DNA of 64,000 nucleotides, from NCBI GenBank assembly GCA_036169735.1, contig JAVHNX010000033.1, positions 27,827 through 91,826 on the forward strand, read 5' to 3'. The position numbers and the translations under genes are program-made. A model generated the notes under the pieces. That model saw nothing but the letters and a program-made list of their open reading frames with translations. It did no database searches and was not told the DNA's origin. The stretch comes from Minisyncoccota bacterium (GTDB taxonomy: Bacteria; Patescibacteriota; Minisyncoccia; Phycocordibacterales; UBA9973). Below are positions 1 through 8,332 of this stretch, one piece after another (the first letter of the stretch is position 1; each line of letters begins with the position of its first letter).

Positions 1-71
1 ATAACTAAAAGAACTATAGAAAAAAATTATACTCCCGTGGAATATATTGTCAATATTAAATTAACAAAAAT

Positions 72-110
72 AAAACGCACTCCTATTTTGGAATGCGTTT
101 TTTTATTTTT
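72..110. terminator. Rho-independent terminator; 8-bp stem AAAACGCA/TGCGTTTT with T-runs on both strands
   Basis: Perfect inverted repeat at 72-79 and 94-101, followed by TTTTTATTTTTG on plus and ATTTTTG on minus. Lies immediately downstream of the greA stop on the minus strand. Confidence 0.6.
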
Positions 111-120
111 GTTTAAACCA

Positions 121-666
121 TTAAACCATTACTTCTGCTTCTGTTTTTGTTTCTACTGTTATTTTCTGATTAACCGGGAAGAAAATTTCCTTAGCCTCTG
201 AATAAGGTATTAGGCCTGTAATCTCAAAAGAGCGAAGTGAACCAGCTGCTCTGTAAGTTACTGTTTTACCTATTTGCTGACCAATTAAAGCCATACCAAA
301 CGGCGAATCTGATGGAATTATTTTATGATTTGCTGGTAGTTTGATTTCTAAACTAACCGGCCCTTCAAGAAATATTACATGTTCAGTTTCTTTATTTCCA
401 TCAATGTGACCTTTAAAAGCATTACCAACTAATCCATTGATTATTTGATCTTCAGGAATAAAAGATGGACGATTCAACAATTGCTGAATTTTTTGTATTT
501 TGGAATAGGCTAATTCTGGTTCGATTTCCTGTCCTAAAAAAATATTTTTTTCTCCTAATTCCTTCATCTGGTTTAGAAGATACTTTTTTGTGCTATCAGT
601 GATAGCTTTTACATTTGGTGCAGGAGTTGTGTTCATCACTGCGTTTTTACGGCTAATCTTTGTCAT
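121..666 (-). CDS. greA: Transcription elongation factor GreA
   Basis: 181 aa. N-terminal coiled-coil region. C-terminal FKBP-like motif (PSDSPFGMALIGQQIGKTVTY) typical of the GreA/GreB family. Confidence 0.8.
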   Translation of the reverse strand: MTKISRKNAVMNTTPAPNVKAITDSTKKYLLNQMKELGEKNIFLGQEIEPELAYSKIQKIQQLLNRPSFIPEDQIINGLVGNAFKGHIDGNKETEHVIFLEGPVSLEIKLPANHKIIPSDSPFGMALIGQQIGKTVTYRAAGSLRSFEITGLIPYSEAKEIFFPVNQKITVETKTEAEVMV

Positions 667-767
667 AAGCTTTGGTTTTTAGTTTATTTATTTATTTGTC
701 AATTTTCAAGATATCTACTATATAAAAATATAGCCATTGTGTCAATATAAAAAAATTATTTTTTTGG

Positions 768-1820
768 TTAGTCTTCTAGTTTGGGTTTTTCGAGTTCTAG
801 GGTTGAGAGCTCGGGAGAAGATCCAGCTATGCGTAAGACATCTTTATCTATCTTTTTAAGTTCTTTATTTGAAGCATTATAATGATTGATAACTGTCGAA
901 AGGGAATTACCAAGCTTTACATGATACTCATCATAAGATTTTAAATGTTTTCCTAGATCTTCCACTTTCTTTATTATCTCTTTTGCAGATTCTTCTATTT
1001 GTAGTGCCTTGAGGCCCTGTAAGACAGTCTGTAGGTACGCAAGGAAAGAAGTGGGGCTCGTAATGATAACTTTGTATTTTCCAGCAGCACGTTGGATAAG
1101 GTTTTCATTTTCATCATCTTTTAATCCACCGATTTTATTTACAAGTAAATCATAATAGATAGCTTCATGCGGAATAAACATAAAAGCGAAGTCTGTCGTA
1201 CCTTGAGCGGGTTGGACATATTTGGCAGTTTCAACAATTCTATTTTTTAAATCACTTACAAAAATTTTCTCGTACTTGTCTTTTTCTTCTGCACTTTTAC
1301 TTTCTATCATTCGATTGTAATTCTCGAGAGAGAATTTTGAGTCGATAGGAATTATTTTATCTTTTACAAAAACTACAGCATCTACGATGGTGCCATCAGG
1401 AAAAGGGTACTGCATTTGATAGCTTCCGGGTGGTAGAACATTTTTTAAAACTGTTTCCAAATAATACTCACCAAGGATTCCACGTTGTTTTGGGTTCTTT
1501 AATATATCTTGCAAGCTTTGGAGCTGGTCAGCAAAAGAAATGACTTGTTTATTTGTCTCATCAAGCCTAGTAAGTCTTTCTGTGACATCTCGGATTATTT
1601 TATTTGATTCAATAGAATGAAAACGTAAACTTTCATTTACTTGTTTGTGTGATTCACCGATACGAGTGTCGACAGTTCTAGATATTTCATTTAGTTGAGT
1701 TAAAATGAGTTGAAGGCCAACATCACTATTTTCATTGTTTTTGTCTTTTTTATTTAATAGCAAGTAAACAAGGATTCCTCCTCCTAAAATTCCTATAATA
1801 ATCCAAGAAATATTTTCCAT
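768..1820 (-). CDS. rmuC: DNA recombination protein RmuC
   Basis: 350 aa. N-terminal TM helix plus long coiled coil. GILGEYYLETVL and downstream motifs match the RmuC family. Confidence 0.75.
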   Translation of the reverse strand: MENISWIIIGILGGGILVYLLLNKKDKNNENSDVGLQLILTQLNEISRTVDTRIGESHKQVNESLRFHSIESNKIIRDVTERLTRLDETNKQVISFADQLQSLQDILKNPKQRGILGEYYLETVLKNVLPPGSYQMQYPFPDGTIVDAVVFVKDKIIPIDSKFSLENYNRMIESKSAEEKDKYEKIFVSDLKNRIVETAKYVQPAQGTTDFAFMFIPHEAIYYDLLVNKIGGLKDDENENLIQRAAGKYKVIITSPTSFLAYLQTVLQGLKALQIEESAKEIIKKVEDLGKHLKSYDEYHVKLGNSLSTVINHYNASNKELKKIDKDVLRIAGSSPELSTLELEKPKLED

Positions 1821-1821
1821 T

Positions 1822-2556
1822 TTATTTTTTTAGATAATATTTAAGTGTATAAATCCAATCTTCATCGACTTGGTCACTTTCGAGTTTTTGTTTCAAAAGC
1901 CATTCAAGGTAACTCGGATCAATTTTAACAACTTCTTCCAAGGTCTTGCCTATGTGTTTTCCAAATGGGATAGAGCGTAATAGGGAAGGGCGAGAAGTAA
2001 TGTCTATCATTTTTTGGATAGCTTCAGACCCTGATAAATTTTCACTTTCCATTATCTTAGTATTTAGTCTGTCGAAAAGTTTTTCTAAGACCATCACATC
2101 ACCAAGAGCATCGTGAGCAGTAGCTTCAATGTCGAGGTCGAGGAAGTAACGTAAATATTGTAAATTATATTTACCTATTTTTCCTTCTGGATCTAGATGA
2201 CGAGCTACTTTTAAAGTACAAATAAAATTTTTAGGAATAATGTTTTCGTTTTTAATCATCATTACGTCAAAACTAGCATTGTGTGCGACTAAGACTGAAT
2301 TTTTATCTTCAAAAAGTTTCTTGATATTTTGGAAATCTGGACTTTCACTGAAAGAAAGTTTGTCTGCAACCATCTTGTTCGTAATGTGATGCACAGCAGA
2401 GGATTCGGGTGGAATCTTAATAGGAGGTTTGTAAAGACCATTGAAAGTTTCTCCTGCCTGCGCAGGCAGGTCGCCCACTTTGTAGGCAATTTGGCAGATG
2501 TAATCCTTTTCGGTAACACCTGTGGTCTCTGTATCAAAAAATATTATTTTAGACAT
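1822..2556 (-). CDS. DEDDh 3-prime to 5-prime exonuclease (DnaQ / Pol III epsilon-like) with C-terminal extension
   Basis: FFDTETTG Exo I motif, HNASFD Exo II motif and HDALGD Exo III motif. Confidence 0.65.
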   Translation of the reverse strand: MSKIIFFDTETTGVTEKDYICQIAYKVGDLPAQAGETFNGLYKPPIKIPPESSAVHHITNKMVADKLSFSESPDFQNIKKLFEDKNSVLVAHNASFDVMMIKNENIIPKNFICTLKVARHLDPEGKIGKYNLQYLRYFLDLDIEATAHDALGDVMVLEKLFDRLNTKIMESENLSGSEAIQKMIDITSRPSLLRSIPFGKHIGKTLEEVVKIDPSYLEWLLKQKLESDQVDEDWIYTLKYYLKK

Positions 2557-2748
2557 AATGCTATTTTATCATATATAGTATTTATGATACAATAATCCAA
2601 GAAATATCATTTCTTATAAAGCACACATATTTGTCTGCTGACAAATTGCTCTACTCGGCCCGTCGGCCTGCGTAAGGCTTTCTAATAAATATATTTCTTA
2701 GATTATTGTTGTGTGTTATTTACTAGGTTTTAATATTACTTAAATTAT

Positions 2749-3198
2749 ATGTTACATGAACAAATAAAAAGTGGAATAAAAGAAGCGATGATGGCTAGAG
2801 ATTCTGTAAGACTCGAGGTTCTTCGTGGTCTTGTTACAGCATTTACCAATGAGCTTGTTGCTACAAATCGTACTCCTCAAGATTTCCTTACTGATGAACA
2901 AGCATTGGCTGTCATTACTCGAGCCTCAAAACAACGCAAAGATTCAATCGAACAATTTACTAAAGGTGGACGCGCAGATTTAGCTGATGCAGAAAAAGCC
3001 CAGCTTGCTATATTGGATACATACTTGCCCGCATTGATGGATAAGAGTGAAGTAGAAAAAATAGCCAAAGCAAAGAAAGACGAATTAAATATTACTGACG
3101 CTACAAAAAAGGGAATGCTTATGTCTGCTCTTATGAAGGATTTGAAAGGTAAGGCTGATGGTATGGTAGTAAAAGAAGTAGTAGATGCTCTATTCTAA
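2749..3198 (+). CDS. yqeY: GatB/YqeY domain protein
   Basis: 149 aa. Whole-length resemblance to YqeY, the stand-alone homologue of the GatB C-terminal domain. Confidence 0.7.
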   Translation: MLHEQIKSGIKEAMMARDSVRLEVLRGLVTAFTNELVATNRTPQDFLTDEQALAVITRASKQRKDSIEQFTKGGRADLADAEKAQLAILDTYLPALMDKSEVEKIAKAKKDELNITDATKKGMLMSALMKDLKGKADGMVVKEVVDALF

Positions 3199-3207
3199 AT
3201 TTACAAT

Positions 3208-3813
3208 ATGCATACTGTAAATTTTCTAAAACATTTGGTGGAAGGTTATGAAGTTTGGGCGTATGCTTTGATTCTTTTTGGTATTATTTTTGAGGGAGAG
3301 TTTATAATTATATGCACAGGAATTCTTGCATATCTAGGAGTACTAGATGTTTACACAGCTTTTATTTTTATTTTGTGTGGAGGTCTTGGAAAAACATTTT
3401 TAGGATACTATATCGGTGTCCTTGTTAATAGAAAATGGAAAGATAAAAAATTTATAAAATATATTGAACGTAGAGTTTCTTTTGTAATGCCTCATTTTGA
3501 CGAGAAACCTTTTTGGTCAATCTTTATTTCTAAATTTATTTTAGGAGTGAATCATGTAGTCATAATTTTTTCAGGTTTTAAAAAAATATCCTTAAAAATA
3601 TATCTAAAAGCAGAACTTATCACGACAGCGATTTGGGCTCCCGGTTTCTTTTCATTAGGTTTCTTCTTTGGTTATACGGCGCTAAGTATAAGTAAAGAAA
3701 TCTGGAGATTTTCTCTTGTAGTATTGCTTTTGGTAATAGGTTTTATTATTTTTGATAAATTGGTCGGGTGGATTTATGAGCTTTTTGAATTATCTTATGA
3801 CGATAAACAATAA
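3208..3813 (+). CDS. DedA/SNARE-associated-like integral membrane protein
   Basis: 201 aa. Multiple TM helices. Glycine-rich re-entrant-like segment (FEGEFIIICTGIL ... CGGLGK). Confidence 0.4.
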   Translation: MHTVNFLKHLVEGYEVWAYALILFGIIFEGEFIIICTGILAYLGVLDVYTAFIFILCGGLGKTFLGYYIGVLVNRKWKDKKFIKYIERRVSFVMPHFDEKPFWSIFISKFILGVNHVVIIFSGFKKISLKIYLKAELITTAIWAPGFFSLGFFFGYTALSISKEIWRFSLVVLLLVIGFIIFDKLVGWIYELFELSYDDKQ

Positions 3814-4702
3814 TAAAATAGTAACGCACAATAATTCTTTTCATGCAGATGATATTTTTGCATGTGCATCTTTTTCCCTTTTGTTTGAAAAGAGAGGGGA
3901 GACTTTTGAAGTTATCCGAACGAGAGATGCAGAATTAATAAAAAATGCTGATTATGTTTTTGATGTAGGTGGCATATATGACCCAGTGTTAAAAAGATTT
4001 GATCATCATCAGGTAGGAGGTGCAGGTAAAAGATCAAATGGTATAGAATATTCTTCTTTTGGCTTGGTGTGGAAAGAGTACGGCAAAGAAATCGCGGGTA
4101 ATATAGAAGTACAAAATTTTATTGAACAAAAACTCGTCTTGCCTGTAGATGCAAATGATAATGGAATAGATTTATATAAAACAAATTTCGAAAATATTTC
4201 TCCATATAAAATAAATGATATTTTTGCTATTTTTGCTCCGACAGCATTAGAAAAATTTAATAAAGATGAACAGTTTTTGAAAGCTGTTGTTTGGGCAAAA
4301 GAAATACTAACTAGAGAAATTAAAAAGGCGAATGATGAAATAGAGATTAAAAAAATTATTCAAAATTTTTACGAAAACAGTGAAGACAAAAGATTGGTTG
4401 TTGTAGACGAACCTAGAGTTTCTAGATATGAGATCTGGAATGCACTGCAGGATTTTAATTCACCACTTTTTGCTGTTTATGGTGATGGTGAAGATTGGTC
4501 TATCGTTGCTATGAGAAGGGAAATGAATAGTCACCAAAATAGGAAAGACCTACCGAGTTCGTGGGCTGGATTAAAAGATGAAGATCTTCAAAAAATAACA
4601 GGAGTGCCAGATGCTATCTTTTGTCATCGAGGGCTTTTCCTTGCTGGGGCTAAAAGTAAAGAGGGGGCTATTAAATTGGCAAAAATTGTGTTAGAATCAT
4701 AA
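3797..4702 (+). CDS. MYG1/UPF0160 family metal-dependent hydrolase
   Basis: THNNSFHADD near the N-terminus and DVGG...DHHQ motifs characteristic of the MYG1 family. Start set at the ATG at 3797; the ORF-track start at 3752 overlaps the upstream gene. Confidence 0.65.
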   Translation: MTINNNKIVTHNNSFHADDIFACASFSLLFEKRGETFEVIRTRDAELIKNADYVFDVGGIYDPVLKRFDHHQVGGAGKRSNGIEYSSFGLVWKEYGKEIAGNIEVQNFIEQKLVLPVDANDNGIDLYKTNFENISPYKINDIFAIFAPTALEKFNKDEQFLKAVVWAKEILTREIKKANDEIEIKKIIQNFYENSEDKRLVVVDEPRVSRYEIWNALQDFNSPLFAVYGDGEDWSIVAMRREMNSHQNRKDLPSSWAGLKDEDLQKITGVPDAIFCHRGLFLAGAKSKEGAIKLAKIVLES

Positions 4703-4704
4703 AC

Positions 4705-5700
4705 ATGGCTTTTATAGATGAAATAAATATACACGCAGAGGCAGGACGAGGTGGTGATGGAGTAGTCCGTTGGCGTCAGGAAAAATTCGTACCCAAGGGT
4801 GGCCCTGCAGGAGGAGACGCTGGACGCGGAGGTAATTTCTTCGTGGAAACAGTACGCGATGTAAGTATTCTCTCTAAATACAAAATGAAAAAAGACTTTA
4901 TCGCAGAACGCGGTGAAGATGGAGCAAAGAAAAGTCTACACGGTAAAAACGGTGAAGATTTTGTTTTAGAATTACCTATCGGTTCTATTGTTACAAATAG
5001 AAAGACTGGTGAAAAACTATCACTTTTTAATGAAGGAGAAAAGATAATGCTTTTGAAGGGTGGTTATGGTGGTTATGGTAATGAGCATTTCAAGAGTTCT
5101 ACCAATACAACTCCGGAAGAATTCAATCCTGGCCAAGAAGGTGAACAAGGAGATTTTCATATTGAACTTGAACTTTTTGCTGATATCGGACTTGTTGGTC
5201 TACCGAATGCTGGTAAGTCTTCTTTGTTGAATGCTCTTACAAATGCTGAAGCAAAAGTGGGGGATTATGCTTTTACTACTCTTGATCCAAACTTGGGAGA
5301 ATTTTACGGTTACATTATTGCTGATATCCCAGGAATCATTGAAGGTGCTTCTGAAGGAAAAGGTCTCGGTGTTAAATTTTTGAAACATATCAAACGTACA
5401 AAAATGCTTGCACATCTTATCTCTTTTGAAAATGCGAACATGATGAAAGTCTACAAAGAGATCCGTAATGAGCTTGAATCTTATGATCAGAACAATAATC
5501 TGACAGATGTTGGTCTTTCTTCTAAAGAAGAAATAATTCTTCTTACAAAGACAGACGTAGTAGAAGAACCTGAACTTATCGAAAAAAGAAAACAGGAATT
5601 TGAAAAACTTGGTAAAAAAGTTTTTGTTATTTCTCTATTTGATGATGCTTCAGTAAAAGGATTCAGAGATGAACTAGTAAAAATCTTAAAGAAAAAATAA
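4705..5700 (+). CDS. obg: GTPase Obg/CgtA
   Basis: Glycine-rich Obg fold N-domain (GGDGGRGGN). G1 to G4 GTPase motifs (GLPNAGKSS, DIPG, TKTD). Confidence 0.9.
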   Translation: MAFIDEINIHAEAGRGGDGVVRWRQEKFVPKGGPAGGDAGRGGNFFVETVRDVSILSKYKMKKDFIAERGEDGAKKSLHGKNGEDFVLELPIGSIVTNRKTGEKLSLFNEGEKIMLLKGGYGGYGNEHFKSSTNTTPEEFNPGQEGEQGDFHIELELFADIGLVGLPNAGKSSLLNALTNAEAKVGDYAFTTLDPNLGEFYGYIIADIPGIIEGASEGKGLGVKFLKHIKRTKMLAHLISFENANMMKVYKEIRNELESYDQNNNLTDVGLSSKEEIILLTKTDVVEEPELIEKRKQEFEKLGKKVFVISLFDDASVKGFRDELVKILKKK

Positions 5701-5703
5701 TTT

Positions 5704-5967
5704 ATGAAAATTTCAGGATCATTTATAACAATGCTTCTTGTTTGGGCTTTAGGATTTACTCATTTTCTTGGTGGCCCATATTTACTTTTTAAAGTAATCT
5801 TTTGGATTGTTATATTGCCTTACCTTGTAACTGGTTTGATATTACTTATTGTGTTTTTTAAAGCGAAAAATATTTTGAAAACAACACACAAAAGACAGTC
5901 CTCAGTAAACTCTAGTGGTAGTACCTCCCATGAAACTATTCACGTTGAAGCTACAATAAAAGAGTAA
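5704..5967 (+). CDS. Small membrane protein, hypothetical
   Basis: 87 aa with two predicted TM helices. Tightly packed after obg. Confidence 0.3.
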   Translation: MKISGSFITMLLVWALGFTHFLGGPYLLFKVIFWIVILPYLVTGLILLIVFFKAKNILKTTHKRQSSVNSSGSTSHETIHVEATIKE

Positions 5968-6000
5968 GGACTTTTTAAAAAAATATAGAAATATGCTATT

Positions 6001-7452
6001 ATGTTAGCTATGGAAAGGAAATATTACACGACAATCGGATTGGAAATACACGCAGAACTAAAAACAATTACAAAGATGTTTTGTAGTTGCAAGAATGATC
6101 CTGATGAAGAAAAACCTAATCTAAATATTTGCCCTGTGTGTATGGCACATCCGGGTACTTTGCCTGTGGTAAATAAAAAGGCTGTCGAGCAAGTTATTAA
6201 AGTTGGACTTGCATTAGGATCCACTATTGCAGATTTTACTGAGTTCGACCGAAAGAATTATTTTTATCCAGATATTCCAAAAGGTTATCAGATTTCACAA
6301 TTCAAATACCCGATAGTCTCAGGTGGGCGTCTTGCAAATATGGATCTCACTCGCATACACCTCGAAGAAGATACTGCTAATAATAAACATTTTGATGGTG
6401 CTAGTGGTGGATACTCATTGATTGATTTCAATCGTGCCGGTGTGCCATTGATGGAACTTGTGACCGAAGCTCATACTTTTGAAAATCCTGATGATGCCGC
6501 TAAGGCTGCTTCAGTTTTTGCGAAAGAATATCAGATGATACTTTGGTATCTTGGTGCCTCTGAAGCGAATATGGAGAAAGGTGAGATGCGTGTAGAGGCC
6601 AATGTCTCTGTTTCACCTGATAAAGATAAAAAATGGGAAGCGTATGTAGAAGTAAAAAATCTTAACTCATTTAGAACTGTTGAAAAGGCTATAAAGTACG
6701 AAGTAGAAAGAATGATAGAACTTTTTGAAACTGGTAGAGAAAGTGAAATAGTAAAAGAGACTCGTGGCTGGGATGATGCAAAACAGAAAACATTTTCTCA
6801 GAGAAAAAAAGAATCCAGTCAGGATTACCGATATTTCCCAGATCCGGATATTACAAAGTTCAAACTACATGAAGTTTTTGATATTGAGGAATTAAAGAAA
6901 GGATTGCCAGAATTGCCTTCTGAAATGCGTTCACGTTATACAAATAATTTTGGTATTAAAGATGAGGACGTAGAAGTATACATCAATGATCCAGTATTAG
7001 GATCTTGGTTTGAAAAAGTAGCTACTATTCTTATAGTGCCTGAAAAGTTAAAAACAGCTTCAAATTTCATTACTTCTGATTATTTAGGATTGAAGAAGAT
7101 TAATGCGGAAGTCCGACTTCCTCAAGCTGAGAATTTTGCTGAACTGATAAATTTATTCACAGATAATAAAATATCTTCCAGAGTAGCAAAAGATATTTTG
7201 GCTATCATTGTGCTCCATGATGAATCACCATTGAAAATTGCTACCGAAAAAGATCTGTTACAGAAAAATGATACAGGTGCAATAAAAACTATTGCAGAAA
7301 AGGTTGTTTCAGAAAATCCTGAAGTAGTGGCTACTTATAGGGGTGGAAAAGAAAATGCCATTATGTCTCTCGTAGGAAAAATCATAAAAGAAAGTAATGG
7401 TAGTGCAAACCCTAAAATAGTTATTGAAATCTTGAAAGATTTGCTAAAATAA
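6001..7452 (+). CDS. gatB: Asp-tRNA(Asn)/Glu-tRNA(Gln) amidotransferase subunit B
   Basis: 483 aa. GLEIHAEL, CPVC, MAHPGTLPV conserved GatB motifs. YqeY-like C-terminal tail. Confidence 0.9.
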   Translation: MLAMERKYYTTIGLEIHAELKTITKMFCSCKNDPDEEKPNLNICPVCMAHPGTLPVVNKKAVEQVIKVGLALGSTIADFTEFDRKNYFYPDIPKGYQISQFKYPIVSGGRLANMDLTRIHLEEDTANNKHFDGASGGYSLIDFNRAGVPLMELVTEAHTFENPDDAAKAASVFAKEYQMILWYLGASEANMEKGEMRVEANVSVSPDKDKKWEAYVEVKNLNSFRTVEKAIKYEVERMIELFETGRESEIVKETRGWDDAKQKTFSQRKKESSQDYRYFPDPDITKFKLHEVFDIEELKKGLPELPSEMRSRYTNNFGIKDEDVEVYINDPVLGSWFEKVATILIVPEKLKTASNFITSDYLGLKKINAEVRLPQAENFAELINLFTDNKISSRVAKDILAIIVLHDESPLKIATEKDLLQKNDTGAIKTIAEKVVSENPEVVATYRGGKENAIMSLVGKIIKESNGSANPKIVIEILKDLLK

Positions 7453-7456
7453 AAGT

Positions 7457-8323
7457 ATGAAAACTTTAAGAGAATATATCAAAGAGGCAGATGAAAAGGG
7501 AGTTGCCATTGGGCATTTTAATATTTCAAATTTAGAAGCATTGCATGGTATTTATAATGCTGCAAAGAAATTAAATGTACCGGTAATTATTGGACTTTCA
7601 GAAGGAGAAGAAAAATTTGCTGGATTGGAGGAAGTTTATGTATTAGTAAATGAAATTCGTACTCGTGATAACTACCCGATCTTTTTAAATGCGGATCATC
7701 ATGCGAGTTTCGAATCAGTTAAAAAATGTATTGATGTCGGTTTTGATATGGTTATCATTGATGCTGCGAAATTACCTTTTGATGAAAATGTAAAAGTTAC
7801 TAAACAATGTGTAGATTATGCTCGTGAAGTTTCAAAAAATACTGGACGGGATATTTTAGTCGAAGCGGAGCTAGGTTTTATTGGTTCTGGATCAGTTATT
7901 CGAGAGAGCGTACCAGAGGGTGCAGGAATTTTAACAACACCCGAAGATGCAAAGAAATTTGTAGATGCTACTGGTATTGATTTATTTGCGCCATCTGTCG
8001 GTAGTATTCATGGATTGATCAAGACCGGTAAGCCTCATATTAATGCAGAGCTTGTCACAGAAATTAAAAAAATAACAGGTATTCCTCTTGTGCTTCATGG
8101 TGGTTCAGGTTTGCGTGATGAAGATTTTACCAATGCTATAAAATCTGGTATTTCAATTGTACATATTAACAGTGAAATCCGTTTAGCTTTCAGACAAGCT
8201 ATCGAGCAATCATTGAAAGATCTTCCAGATGAAATAACTCCAGCTAAAATTTTACAACCTGCCGTGGATGCTATTGAAGCAGTGGTGGAAGCTAGATTAA
8301 AATTATTTAATATGATTCAATAA
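7457..8323 (+). CDS. fba: Class II fructose-bisphosphate aldolase
   Basis: 288 aa. N-terminal GVAIGHFN and LHGGSG motifs of the class II (metal-dependent) aldolase family. Confidence 0.8.
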   Translation: MKTLREYIKEADEKGVAIGHFNISNLEALHGIYNAAKKLNVPVIIGLSEGEEKFAGLEEVYVLVNEIRTRDNYPIFLNADHHASFESVKKCIDVGFDMVIIDAAKLPFDENVKVTKQCVDYAREVSKNTGRDILVEAELGFIGSGSVIRESVPEGAGILTTPEDAKKFVDATGIDLFAPSVGSIHGLIKTGKPHINAELVTEIKKITGIPLVLHGGSGLRDEDFTNAIKSGISIVHINSEIRLAFRQAIEQSLKDLPDEITPAKILQPAVDAIEAVVEARLKLFNMIQ

Positions 8324-8332
8324 AATATTTTT

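Noticed and set aside
2289-2595. ORF-track ORFs 2289..2537(-) and 2329..2595(+) overlapping the exonuclease gene
   Set aside because: Shadow ORFs inside, or antisense to, a confidently assigned gene. Low-complexity translations. The same logic was applied to 2877..3068, 5200..5415, 6024..6224, 8317..8607, 9628..9816, 10909..11160, 11644..11841, 13428..13625, 15381..15593, 16665..16946, 17328..17525, 19727..19996, 21396..21587, 22581..22787, 23121..24496 minus-strand ORFs, 24741..24947, 26543..26761, 27180..27386, 27594..27812, 29761..29976, 33395..33856, 34222..34509, 34697..34909, 38009..38597, 39038..40359 plus-strand ORFs, 41077..41352, 42987..43226, 43444..43818, 46126..46544, 48425..49405, 50307..50498, 51704..51901, 52740..52934, 53175..53363, 55209..55572 and 57557..57817.
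2600-2700. GC-rich patch (ctcggcccgtcggcctgcgtaaggc) in the exonuclease/yqeY spacer considered as a tRNA or small RNA
   Set aside because: No cloverleaf-compatible stems, no promoter or terminator framing, and it is too short. Probably just a divergent promoter region.
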